The notes under the pieces are model-generated. The model was not told where the DNA came from and did not search any database. It saw only the letters and a program-made list of their open reading frames with translations. DNA of 64,000 nucleotides from positions 8,703-72,702 of the forward strand of contig QOQW01000028.1 of the NCBI GenBank assembly GCA_003327425.1, read 5' to 3'. The DNA comes from Candidatus Ozemobacter sibiricus (lineage in GTDB: Bacteria; Muiribacteriota; Ozemobacteria; Ozemobacterales; Ozemobacteraceae). The position numbers were made by a program, and so were the translations under genes. This document shows, one piece after another, positions 10,137 through 19,153 of the stretch; the first letter of the stretch is position 1, and every line of letters begins with the position of its first letter.

Positions 10137-10922
10137 TCAGCTCGTGCCGCCGGCGTCGTCGGGTTCGTTGGGTTCGCGTGAGGGACGGCGCGGGCCGGCC
10201 GGATCGGGGCCGCCCTCGTCGGGCTCGGTGCCACCATCGTCGGGGCCTTCGTCGTCATCGGAGCCGTTGAGGATTTCCCCCTTCTCGAAGGCGCGGATCC
10301 ACCAGTTGATCAGCTCCCCGTTCTGTTTGAGGAACTGCTTGAAACTGATCTTGTCGCCTTCCTCGCATTCCTGGCGGTATTGCTCGGTGATGAACTGGGA
10401 CAGGGGCTCGAGCACCAGGCCGTCGAGGAAGATGCCGGCGCCGACCAGGAACCGCAGGTCGCCGATGCGAAGCACACGGGTGAACAGGAGCGTTCCAGGC
10501 GTGGCATTCTCGGAGCCGACCGCTTCGAGCACCTCGAACTCTTCCCGCAGGAAGACGTCGCGCAGGGTGAGCGATTCGCCCGGTTTGACCGCGAGGACCT
10601 GCAGCAGGGTGAGGTGGGTCTCCTTCAGGGCGTTGCAGACCTGCTTCTCTTGCAGGGTCAGCTCGTCGGCGTAGCGGGCGAGGAAGACATCCATCAGCGA
10701 TTCGCCTGAGGGCGAGGTGTCGTCGAGCAGGAACCAGGTCAGGAAGAGGAACTCTTCGGACGGATTGAATTCGTATTCTTCGCCCTCTTCGAGGTTGTAA
10801 AAGACCTCGAGCGAGGCGCCCAGGTCCTCGAACAGCTCGTCTTCGAGGGCGAACGCCATCAATTTGGCGAACAGTTCGCCGAACAGGTTCTTCAAATCAT
10901 CGATTTGTTGACGAGAAGCCAT
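10137..10922 (-). CDS. Hypothetical acidic cytoplasmic protein (261 aa) with a D/E/G/P-rich C-terminal tail
   Basis: Complete ORF with protein-like composition and lower GC than its surroundings. No family recognised. Confidence 0.6.
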   Translation of the reverse strand: MASRQQIDDLKNLFGELFAKLMAFALEDELFEDLGASLEVFYNLEEGEEYEFNPSEEFLFLTWFLLDDTSPSGESLMDVFLARYADELTLQEKQVCNALKETHLTLLQVLAVKPGESLTLRDVFLREEFEVLEAVGSENATPGTLLFTRVLRIGDLRFLVGAGIFLDGLVLEPLSQFITEQYRQECEEGDKISFKQFLKQNGELINWWIRAFEKGEILNGSDDDEGPDDGGTEPDEGGPDPAGPRRPSREPNEPDDAGGTS

Positions 10923-11350
10923 GGTACCCCCGCAGCGGCAGTCTGCCTATGCTACTCCCGACCAGGAGCAAAAGCAAGGTTCATCGACAGCGCCTGTTCC
11001 ACGCCGAAAAAAACGGACAGATTGATTCGACCAGGTTGCCGAGGAGCGCACAAGGCGTTGCCTCGACGTTGCCCGTCTTCCCTCGAACCCCCTTATCTGG
11101 GTTCATCTTCGACACCTGAAACTTGGAAAGCCTGATCAAGAAAAGGTTGCCGAGGCGCACCAACCACCTTGGCACCACGTCGGGCGCCTCTTCCCTTGCA
11201 CCAGCATCGAGACGCCTTCTTCATGTCTGGCTGGCGAGGCAAGCCTGGATGATTGGCAGTCGCTTGCCCCCAGCCACCTGCCACAGCTTCCCGGCTTTCC
11301 CTGGAGGGCGGCTCCGGACGAGAACGCGCTGGCCGTTTGGTGCAACCACG

Positions 11351-11380
11351 AAAAACCCCGGCCTGGGGGACAGGCCGGGG
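11351..11380 (-). terminator. Rho-independent terminator downstream of the 11406..12038 gene
   Basis: Minus strand reads CCCCGGCCTG-tcccc-CAGGCCGGGG followed by TTTTTCGTGG. 10-bp GC stem, 26 nt after the stop codon. Confidence 0.65.
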
Positions 11381-11405
11381 TGGGAATGCGTGACGCTACG
11401 AACGA

Positions 11406-12038
11406 TCAGCGAAAATACTCGCTGCGGATCTGGGTTTCGAAGAGAGGGATCCATTTGCCGCCTTCGGCCAGCGAAAGGCCTTCAATGGCGAGATTGAACT
11501 CGATATAATAGCCTATCTCTTCATGGACCACCGGAGGTTGGACCGTCAGCCACAGATATTTCTCGTGGGCAATCTCTTTCAGCTCGGCGAGATTGTCTCG
11601 GAGCAAACGATTGGTCAGGGCGAAAGCATCGGCCATGTCTTCGGCCTTGAGAGGAAATTCGTAATTGACCCACCGGGGCCGCAGTTTATAAGACGAGCCG
11701 TAGATAACGGAAGCGCGTGTCCAGGTGGTGCGAATTCTGATATTTTCAGGGAGGTCCTTGAACAGACCGGTCTTGATGAACTCTTCGCGGTTGGCCGGAG
11801 CCGTCCCGATGATCATCGCCTGGCACTTCTTCAACCCAAGGAACCCTTTTCGGACCTCGTAGCAGGTGTGGATGGTCGCCTTGGCCGACACGAGGTTCAG
11901 CACGGCGGCGGGCGCATCTTTGCCAGTCGGCAGGATGCCGAACAGGTACACCTGGTTGTCGGCGGCGATGGCCCCTCCGACGCCGACGCTCAACAGAACC
12001 GCAATGACCAACAGGGGACGGAACATACGCCAGATCAT
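11406..12038 (-). CDS. Secreted hypothetical protein (210 aa)
   Basis: N-terminal signal peptide (MIWRMFRPLLVIAVLLSVGVGGAIAA). Protein-like composition. No family recognised. Confidence 0.65.
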   Translation of the reverse strand: MIWRMFRPLLVIAVLLSVGVGGAIAADNQVYLFGILPTGKDAPAAVLNLVSAKATIHTCYEVRKGFLGLKKCQAMIIGTAPANREEFIKTGLFKDLPENIRIRTTWTRASVIYGSSYKLRPRWVNYEFPLKAEDMADAFALTNRLLRDNLAELKEIAHEKYLWLTVQPPVVHEEIGYYIEFNLAIEGLSLAEGGKWIPLFETQIRSEYFR

Positions 12039-12474
12039 ACTTCCTAATCGCTACTCCTTTCGAGGATAAATGGGTGAATTCGAATTCAGCAACCTCCGTG
12101 CCACGGTAAGAATATGCTCAGATCAGCTCAGAATGCTGATTCGACGATCGCAGTGCGATGAAAATCCAGCAAAGTTGCCGACAAAAATCTGACGACGTGA
12201 CCCCATCACGATGGTCAGCCAGGTCTGGGTCTCGCTACGACATGCCAGCGATCGAGGGTCGGGCGTCTGGTACAAAGTACAAGTCCTGATCAGAAGAGAG
12301 AGGGAAGATTCGGAGATCTCCCTTGCCAGGATCTTTCTCCCTCATAATCATTGGGTTATCCTGCTCGCCGGTGGCCATGGCCCGGTTCCTGGTTGGCGAC
12401 ATCAGGATACACACTATGGCGTCAAGTAGTGGGGATGGATGGAGTGGGGGTGATCAGATGGGGGACAGTCCGGG

Positions 12475-14214
12475 TCAGGAGGCGCGGGCGGGACCGGTGC
12501 GCCGGAACCGGCGGGCGAACAGATGCCAGGCCCGTGCCACCTCAGGCAGGCCGAGCAGGTGGCCGACGGCGGCCAGCGCGACCAGGCCGATGGCGGTGGC
12601 CGACACCAGGACGCCGAGGGTCGGCCCGATCGCCAGGGAGGTGCCCGGAGAGGAGCGGGTCAACAGCCAGTCGGTGAGCCGCGCGGCCACGCCGGCGGCG
12701 GTCGCGGCCCCCGCCGCCGCCGCCACCAGGATGGCGGCCAGTCGCCGCCCGATGCCCTGCGTGGCCAGACCGGGGAGCCGCCGGCTCAGCACCTGATAGA
12801 GGATCAGAGCGTTGAGGCCCGAGGCGAGCGAGGAGCCGAGGGCCAGGCCCCAGTAGCCGCAGGGCCGCAGGAGGGCCAGATTGAGGGCGATGTTCAGGCC
12901 GACCGCCACCAGGCTGGCGGTCACCGGCACTCGGGTCTCGCCCAGCGCGTAGAAGGCCGGGCCCAGCACCTTGACGGCCGAAAAGCCCAGCAGGCCGACG
13001 GCGTAGGCCTGCAGCGCCACCGCCGTGGCGGCCGTATCGGCGGGCGTGAACCGCCCGTGCTGGAAGAGGAGCCGGATCAACGGGTGGGCCAGGGCGATCA
13101 AGAACAGGCTGGCGGCCACGTTGATGAAGGCGGTCAGGTTGAGCGAGCCGGCCAGGGTGGTGGCCATCTCGTCGCGATCATGGCGGGCGGCCGCCCGCGA
13201 GAAGGCCGGCAGGGTGGCCTGGGCGATGGCCACGCCGAACAGGCCGAGCGGCAGCTGCATCAATCGGAAGGCGTAGCCGAGCCAGGAGACGGGGCCGTTG
13301 CCTTGCGAGGTGGCCAGGATGGTGCTGATGGCCACATTGATCTGGGTGGCGGCTAGACCCAGCGTGCCGGGGATGATCAGGCGCACGATCTGGCGCATGC
13401 CGGGATCGTTGAAATCAGGAAGCCAGGCGGGCCGGAAGCCTCGTCGCCAGAGCGGAACCACCTGCACCGCGAACTGCAGGATGCCGCCCAGCATGGCGCC
13501 GACCGCCATACCGACGATGGCAGGGTGCCCGGCCGCGGCGAACCAGGGGCAGAGGGTGAACCCGGCCACAATCATCGCAAGATTCAAGAAGACGGGAGCG
13601 ATGGCAGGGGCGAAGAAAGCGCCCAGCGAGTTGAGCACGCCCATGGTGATGGCGGCCAGCGAAATGGCGAGCAGGAACGGGAACATGATCCGGGTCATCA
13701 GGATGGTGACCTCGGTCTTGCCCGGGGTGGCGGCGAACTCGGGGGCCAGCAGCCCCACCAGCCAGGGCGAGAGCAGGATGCCCAGGCCCGACAGCCCGCC
13801 GAGCACGATGGTCAGCACCGACAGGGTGACATTGGCCAGGCGGAAGGCGGGTTCCCGCCCTTCGCGGGCCAGCACCGCGTTGAAGGTGGGGACGAAGGCG
13901 GCGCTCATCGCTCCTTCGGCGAACAGGTCGCGCAGCAGATTCGGAATGCGGAAGGCGACATTGAAGGCGTCGGTCCAGACCCCGGCCCCGAACAGGTAGG
14001 CGAACGTCTGCTCGCGCACCAGGCCGGCGATGCGGCTCAGGAAGGTGGCGGCGCTCATGGCCGCCGCCGAGCGGGCGACCGAGCCGGTCTGGTCGGTGGG
14101 TGCGGTCGGGGCGGGGGCGCCCGTCGCGGCCGTCGTGGCCGCCCGGGGCGGGGCAGGCGGGTCGGCCTGGCTGGCGACCGTGGACGCGGTCGCGGTCGAG
14201 GAGACGTCGTTCAC
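12475..14214 (-). CDS. murJ: Lipid II flippase MurJ (MviN family)
   Basis: More than 12 predicted TM helices. N-terminal MurJ signature region (SAATFLSRIAGLVREQTFAYLFGAG...DAFNVAFRIPNLLRDLFAEGAMSAAFVP). The first 50 codons are low-complexity, so the true start may be the internal Met at MSAATFL. Confidence 0.85.
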   Translation of the reverse strand: MNDVSSTATASTVASQADPPAPPRAATTAATGAPAPTAPTDQTGSVARSAAAMSAATFLSRIAGLVREQTFAYLFGAGVWTDAFNVAFRIPNLLRDLFAEGAMSAAFVPTFNAVLAREGREPAFRLANVTLSVLTIVLGGLSGLGILLSPWLVGLLAPEFAATPGKTEVTILMTRIMFPFLLAISLAAITMGVLNSLGAFFAPAIAPVFLNLAMIVAGFTLCPWFAAAGHPAIVGMAVGAMLGGILQFAVQVVPLWRRGFRPAWLPDFNDPGMRQIVRLIIPGTLGLAATQINVAISTILATSQGNGPVSWLGYAFRLMQLPLGLFGVAIAQATLPAFSRAAARHDRDEMATTLAGSLNLTAFINVAASLFLIALAHPLIRLLFQHGRFTPADTAATAVALQAYAVGLLGFSAVKVLGPAFYALGETRVPVTASLVAVGLNIALNLALLRPCGYWGLALGSSLASGLNALILYQVLSRRLPGLATQGIGRRLAAILVAAAAGAATAAGVAARLTDWLLTRSSPGTSLAIGPTLGVLVSATAIGLVALAAVGHLLGLPEVARAWHLFARRFRRTGPARAS

Positions 14215-14224
14215 CGGGGCGGGG

Positions 14225-15691
14225 TCACGCCTGAGGCGTGGTCGGGGCGATGACCAGGAGTTCGTCGGTCTCCTGCAGCCGGTAGGTGGCGGGGTTGATC
14301 AGCAGCTCGCCGCCGGCGGGCCGGACGCCGACCGGGATCATCTGACGCTCGGTATGGAGCCGCGTCATGGCCGCGGGAAAATCGACGCCGGCCAGCGCCG
14401 GCGGCACTTTCTGGAAGACCAGGGAATTGCCCTCGGTGCGCGACAGCAGATCTTTGAAGAAGGCGAGCACGCCTTCATTGGCCGCGATGCGGGCCAGCAG
14501 CTTGCCCGAGAATTCGCCCTGGATCACCACGTCTTCGACGCCCGCCAGCTTGAGATGGTCGGCGAATTCCGGGTGGTACAGCTCGGCCGAGGTATGGATG
14601 CCCGGTCGCAGTTTCTCGATCGACAGGGCGCACAGGATGGTGCGGGCATCGATATCCTGCGTGGTCCGGTGGCCGCCGCCTTCCGAGAGGATGACGGCGG
14701 CGCGCGCCCGCTCGACGCCCGCCCGATGCAATGTGTCGATGTGGGTGAAATCTTCCTTCAGAACATAGACCCGATCAACTTTCACGCCGCGGGCGGTCAA
14801 CTCTTCGATGTTGGCCAGTTCGGAGACGAGGAGGATGTCGGCGTCGGCGAAATGGGGTTCGAGCTGGAATTCCGTGACCAGGGTGGCGGCTTTGGCGCTG
14901 AACCCGCAAATGATGATGTGGCCTTGCAGATCTTCGGGGTTGATGTTGCGGTGCATGGCGCTCTCCTTCATCTTTTCCATCATGACGGCGGACACCGTAC
15001 CGGTCAGCATGGCGAATACGCCCATGCCGAAGAGGGTCAGGACGGCGAAAATGAGGCGGCCGCCCAGGGTGCGCGGGTAGCTGGCATATTCGCCCGTCAG
15101 CAGCGAGAAGGTGGCTTTCCAGAACGCATCGCTGTGGGTCAACAGGTCGGCATCGTGGCCGACCTCGAACTGGGCCAGGCCCACCGCCCCGAAGGTGATG
15201 GCGAACCCGATGAAGAACAGCAGCAGCCCGAGTTCGACGGCGCGAGCCTCGAAGACGGTGCCGAGCAGGCGCACCCGGTTCTGGAGCAGGGCTCCCAGCG
15301 AGAAGATGCGCAGGAGCCGGACCAGGGCGAAGACCCGGCTGAGCCGGAAGACCCGCAGCATCGGCAGCAGGGCCAGGATGTCGAGCCAATGGCTGCGCAG
15401 GAACTTGCCGGTGCTTTTGAAGACCAGCCAGCGCAACGCCAGCTCCAGGAAGAAGAGCACCGTCAGGACATCGTTGGCGAGTTCCATCCAGTGCCGGGTG
15501 CTCTCGGGAATGTCGGCGAAGGTCTCGAAGAGCAGCAGCACCACCGAGACCAGCACCAGCACCAGAATGATCAGACCGACGTACGGGTGGTCGAGAAACC
15601 GGCGCAGACGGGGATAGCGACGGCGCTCCCTGCCGGCGGGAGGCGCGGCGGGGAGCGGGTCGGTCAGGAGCGGCGGGACGGTCGGAGTCAT
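14225..15691 (-). CDS. Voltage-gated K+ channel (Kch-like) with a C-terminal RCK/TrkA-N domain
   Basis: S1-S6 helices including an S4 with repeated Arg (LVRLLRIFSLGALLQNRVR). Pore region LTGEYASYP. RCK fold (IIICGFSAKAATLV...). Start taken at internal ATG 15691 (MTPTVPPLL). Confidence 0.8.
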   Translation of the reverse strand: MTPTVPPLLTDPLPAAPPAGRERRRYPRLRRFLDHPYVGLIILVLVLVSVVLLLFETFADIPESTRHWMELANDVLTVLFFLELALRWLVFKSTGKFLRSHWLDILALLPMLRVFRLSRVFALVRLLRIFSLGALLQNRVRLLGTVFEARAVELGLLLFFIGFAITFGAVGLAQFEVGHDADLLTHSDAFWKATFSLLTGEYASYPRTLGGRLIFAVLTLFGMGVFAMLTGTVSAVMMEKMKESAMHRNINPEDLQGHIIICGFSAKAATLVTEFQLEPHFADADILLVSELANIEELTARGVKVDRVYVLKEDFTHIDTLHRAGVERARAAVILSEGGGHRTTQDIDARTILCALSIEKLRPGIHTSAELYHPEFADHLKLAGVEDVVIQGEFSGKLLARIAANEGVLAFFKDLLSRTEGNSLVFQKVPPALAGVDFPAAMTRLHTERQMIPVGVRPAGGELLINPATYRLQETDELLVIAPTTPQA

Positions 15692-15767
15692 GGCGGCATG
15701 ATAGGCCAGACGGCAGGGGTTCCGCAAGGGCCGGATCGTTGGACATGCCGTCAGCAGCGAGAGTATA

Positions 15768-18011
15768 ATGCCGGAGATGCGTACCCTCGTCCGCTCGCCC
15801 CGCCATGGATCGGTCACCATCATCCTGCTAGGTCTGCTCAGCGTGATGCTGTTCCTGGCCTTCACCCTCTTCCAGCGGCAGCGCGGGCATGGGCACCTCG
15901 TCGCCTTCGGCGATTCCCACCTCTACGCCCGTTATTTCCTCGAAGCTCACCTGGGGGATGTCATCCAGCAGCTCCGGCAGAAGGTGAATGATCCGGGGAA
16001 TGCCGCCGCCGACCGGGTCCTGTTCGATTTCTTCCGGGGCGACCCCGCCGCGCGATTCCCGGCCTTCTATCGGCCCAGTCCTCTCGTCAAGCAGATTCCC
16101 GAGCAATGGCAGGAGCTGGGCCTCGACCTGACCCCGATCTGGGAGCCCGAAGCGCAGATTCTCGATCCCAAGCCGCTCCAATATCCCCCGTCGTTGCAGG
16201 TTCCCCCGACATTCTCGCCCGGGCTCGAAAAGCGTGGCATCGTCGCCCTCACCGTGCGGGCCAAACTCGATGGTCGCCGCTACGCTCTCTCGGCGCAGGT
16301 GCCCTACTCGGTGGTCTGCCGGTTGAGCCCGGTGCTGCGCGATTTCGTCTTCTTCGCCGACCGCCTCCATCTCGAGCAGACCCGCCCGTTCGGGCGGGAA
16401 GACAAAATCAACATCATCTTCACCAAGCACCCTGACTACGGGCAGGAGCCGCCCCCCGAATTCCGGGACTACAAAGGCCTGCCGTGGTTCTTCCCGATGT
16501 CGAACCGGCCCAACGACCCGCATGCCAACGGCAAGATCTTTCTGGGGGCCGACGACAAGCCGATCTACTTGAATCTGGCCGGCGAGCTGCGCTACCGCGA
16601 AACCCCGGTCAGCGATCTGTGGATGGTCAATCCTCGCTGGTTCCGCGCCAACAAGAACATCGATCAGTTCAGCGCCAATCCCATCTTCATGACCCGCAGC
16701 GGGTCCATGGTCCGCTTCCGCGGCATGGACATCCCGCTCAATCTCAAAGGCTACATCGCGAAAATGGGGATCTTCGGCTTCTGCTACGAACTCTACGACC
16801 CCGACAACGGCCTGTTCTCGCAGACCGTGCGCACGCCCGAATCGATCTGGGGCCAGGATCCCTCGTTCATGGCGATGACGGCCGAGAACAAGCTGCAGCT
16901 GGCCCTGTCGAGCGCGCTCAAGCTCTATGGGCCCAACTACGAGCACACCCTGCCGCTCGATCAGGCCTATACCGGCTTCGCTCGCCAGGTGTTCGGGAAG
17001 GTCTATGCCCGCTTCCTCCTGCTGACCTTCTTCGAATTCCCATCCGCCCAGGGCGGCGGGCAGGTCCTACCCTATAATGCCGATGGCAACTATCGCCCGC
17101 CGCCCGCTCCCAAATACCATGGCGAGGAGACCGCCACGTTCGAGCCCCCCGAACCCGGGCAGAAATACACGTGGTTCATGTCCCGCATCGTGTCGGGCGG
17201 CGCCGATCGCGACGTGCTGGCCGACGATTACCTGCCGTACAACCTGTTCGACCCCACCGGCAAAGGCAGCCGCCTCCTCCTGCAGGCCAAGGATTTCCAG
17301 CCGGCCGATGGCTTGCGGCTCAATCCGAACCGGAACGGGACCTTCGCCGGGTTCGTCCGCGAATGGATGTCGTTCGACCCGCGTCTGCGGCTCGGTCAGG
17401 CCGGGGCGACCCTGCAGTCGCGGGTCTCGCGCATCTTCCCCAATCAGAAGGCGTTCAAGGAATATGCCCGCCTGAGCGAAGGGAAATGCTGGATCGACGG
17501 GGTGGTCTACGTGCGGGGCGAAGAGGGGCTCGACCTCGATGATCTGACAACGAAAGACATTCGTGGTGGCATCGTCATCGTCGAGAAGGGCATCCGGCTG
17601 GGCAATATCACCCATGGGTTCCCGATCAAGAAGGAGCCCATCGAAGACAAGACGCTGCTCGAGCAGATTTCCGATTACGTCGACACCCTGCCCCAGTCGA
17701 AAGTGCTGACCTTCGTCAGCCGGGAAGGCTCCATCCGGCTCAAGGGCGACAAGCATATCGGGGTGCAGCTGGTCGCCCTCACGCCCGAGGGCGGCGTGCG
17801 CGACCAGATCTCCTGGGAATCCCCCAGAGGCATCCTGTTCGCGGGTGGGTTGGTCCTCGACACGCCCAACCTGGTCGCCCGCATCAAGGAATTCGGGCGC
17901 GATGCCGGCAAGAACGTCTTCCTCTATGTGCCGTCGATGGCTGACGCCAAACCCGAGACGGTGGTCCAGATCTTCCCCGGGCTCGACCAGTACGACTTCG
18001 CTCTCGAATGA
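15768..18011 (+). CDS. 747-aa membrane-anchored protein with a GspK/PilX-like pseudopilin-type N-terminus and a large periplasmic domain of unknown family
   Basis: N-terminus ...SPRHG|SVTIILLGLLSVMLFLAFTLF resembles the GspK class-III signal (Gly, then a hydrophobic helix lacking Glu+5). Stop overlaps the start of the next pseudopilin gene (ATGA at 18008-18011). Confidence 0.7.
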   Translation: MPEMRTLVRSPRHGSVTIILLGLLSVMLFLAFTLFQRQRGHGHLVAFGDSHLYARYFLEAHLGDVIQQLRQKVNDPGNAAADRVLFDFFRGDPAARFPAFYRPSPLVKQIPEQWQELGLDLTPIWEPEAQILDPKPLQYPPSLQVPPTFSPGLEKRGIVALTVRAKLDGRRYALSAQVPYSVVCRLSPVLRDFVFFADRLHLEQTRPFGREDKINIIFTKHPDYGQEPPPEFRDYKGLPWFFPMSNRPNDPHANGKIFLGADDKPIYLNLAGELRYRETPVSDLWMVNPRWFRANKNIDQFSANPIFMTRSGSMVRFRGMDIPLNLKGYIAKMGIFGFCYELYDPDNGLFSQTVRTPESIWGQDPSFMAMTAENKLQLALSSALKLYGPNYEHTLPLDQAYTGFARQVFGKVYARFLLLTFFEFPSAQGGGQVLPYNADGNYRPPPAPKYHGEETATFEPPEPGQKYTWFMSRIVSGGADRDVLADDYLPYNLFDPTGKGSRLLLQAKDFQPADGLRLNPNRNGTFAGFVREWMSFDPRLRLGQAGATLQSRVSRIFPNQKAFKEYARLSEGKCWIDGVVYVRGEEGLDLDDLTTKDIRGGIVIVEKGIRLGNITHGFPIKKEPIEDKTLLEQISDYVDTLPQSKVLTFVSREGSIRLKGDKHIGVQLVALTPEGGVRDQISWESPRGILFAGGLVLDTPNLVARIKEFGRDAGKNVFLYVPSMADAKPETVVQIFPGLDQYDFALE

Positions 18012-18511
18012 AGACGCCGACGATGCGACGCGCCATGACCCTGCTCGAACTGCTGGTCGGGCTGGTCATTTTCAGCTTCGCCATCCTGCCCATCCTCAGT
18101 TTCGGCACGACCACGACGCGCACCACCTACATCACCGGCAAACACCTGATGGCCGGGCAGATCGCGGCCAGCCTGCTCGACCGTCTCCTGGCGCTGCCCT
18201 ATGAGGAGGCCCTGGCCGAAGCCGAGCGCCTGCGCGGGCTCGGCACGGCCAAGGTGCTGGAAGATCCGTGGTTGGTATCTGTGCTCGAGCACCAGGGCCT
18301 GGCCGCTGGCCGTCGGGTGCTGGAGGAAGATCTAGGTAAGACCTTCCGCTTCTTCGAGTTCAAGGTAGGCATCGACAAAGATTCCTCCTCGGGGGTCGCC
18401 GACCGGATGTTCCTGCTCACCGTCCTGGTCTCCTGGCGGGTCGAAGAAGGGGATGAGAATTCGCGAACGGCTCTCATCCTGCAGGGAGTGAAATTCAATG
18501 ATCTGCGTTGA
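18008..18511 (+). CDS. Prepilin-type pseudopilin (GspI/GspH-like minor pilin)
   Basis: MKTPTMRRA|MTLLELLVGLVIFSFAILPIL. Class-III signal with Glu at +5 and Ala at -1 instead of Gly. Translationally coupled on both sides. Confidence 0.7.
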   Translation: MKTPTMRRAMTLLELLVGLVIFSFAILPILSFGTTTTRTTYITGKHLMAGQIAASLLDRLLALPYEEALAEAERLRGLGTAKVLEDPWLVSVLEHQGLAAGRRVLEEDLGKTFRFFEFKVGIDKDSSSGVADRMFLLTVLVSWRVEEGDENSRTALILQGVKFNDLR

Positions 18512-19127
18512 GGGGCGTCGAAGAGCGAGAGGAAGGCCCTGCCCTGACCATCGTCGCGGCCTGTCGATGGTCGAGATCATGGTGGTGGCCGCTCTCTCCA
18601 GCGCCATCCTGCTGTCGGCCATGGTGGTCATGTCCCGCACCGGGCGCACCTTCCAGAAGGGCACCGACCTGATGAACACCCAGGTCCTGCTCGAATCGAT
18701 CGTCACCCAGTTGCGCGATGATGTGCGGCGGCTGCGTTCCCTGGTCCCCGGGCCCGGCTCCTGCGACGATCATCACCTGACCTTCCAGGCCTGGCTGCGC
18801 GATGCTGCCACCGGGGACCTGCGTCTGCGTAAAGTCGCCTGGGCGTTCGATCCCCAGACGCGCACCCTGACCCGCCGGATCGACGACGATGTGGCTGGCC
18901 AACGCGATTTCCACGGCCCGGGGCAGGTCGTGCAGACCCTGTTCCGTCCCGACAAGGATTGGAACGACTTTCGTTCCCTGACGGTCGTCATCCAGGTCAA
19001 CGCCGAGCGGATCGCCGCCGGCCGCGAAGAGGAGCGGGCCACCAAGGCGGGCTCCCGACTGGCCATCACCTGCCAGTTCCAACCGAAATGCCAGGAACCT
19101 CTCAGTTCCTTCGCATCGACACCCTGA
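18498..19127 (+). CDS. Prepilin-type pseudopilin (GspJ/GspG-like minor pilin)
   Basis: ...HRRG|LSMVEIMVVAALSSAILLSAMVVM. Canonical G|xxxxE prepilin cleavage/methylation motif. Overlaps the previous gene by 14 nt. Confidence 0.65.
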   Translation: MICVEGRRRARGRPCPDHRRGLSMVEIMVVAALSSAILLSAMVVMSRTGRTFQKGTDLMNTQVLLESIVTQLRDDVRRLRSLVPGPGSCDDHHLTFQAWLRDAATGDLRLRKVAWAFDPQTRTLTRRIDDDVAGQRDFHGPGQVVQTLFRPDKDWNDFRSLTVVIQVNAERIAAGREEERATKAGSRLAITCQFQPKCQEPLSSFASTP

Positions 19128-19153
19128 ACGTTCAGAAAACCAGGAGGAATTCC

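Noticed and set aside
12130-12160. tmRNA-like 5' motif (GCTGATTCGACG) and a tmRNA-like 3' motif at 49843-49870
   Set aside because: Neither site has a tRNA-Ala-like acceptor/T-arm or the pseudoknot-rich body. These are isolated short coincidences.
14030-15991. 653-aa plus-strand ORF, and similar long ORFs at 31455..33209(-), 38281..39702(+), 40519..41820(+), 41807..43861(+), 43908..45515(-), 52598..55330(-), 56363..58099(+), 58102..59772(+) and 60244..61944(+)
   Set aside because: Each is the antisense frame of a well-supported gene on the opposite strand (K+ channel, M48 peptidase, oxidoreductase operon, GH1, cyclase, GlmS-like, PilT, PilB-like, FecR). Translations are low-complexity Arg/Gly/Ala/Pro/Asp-rich.
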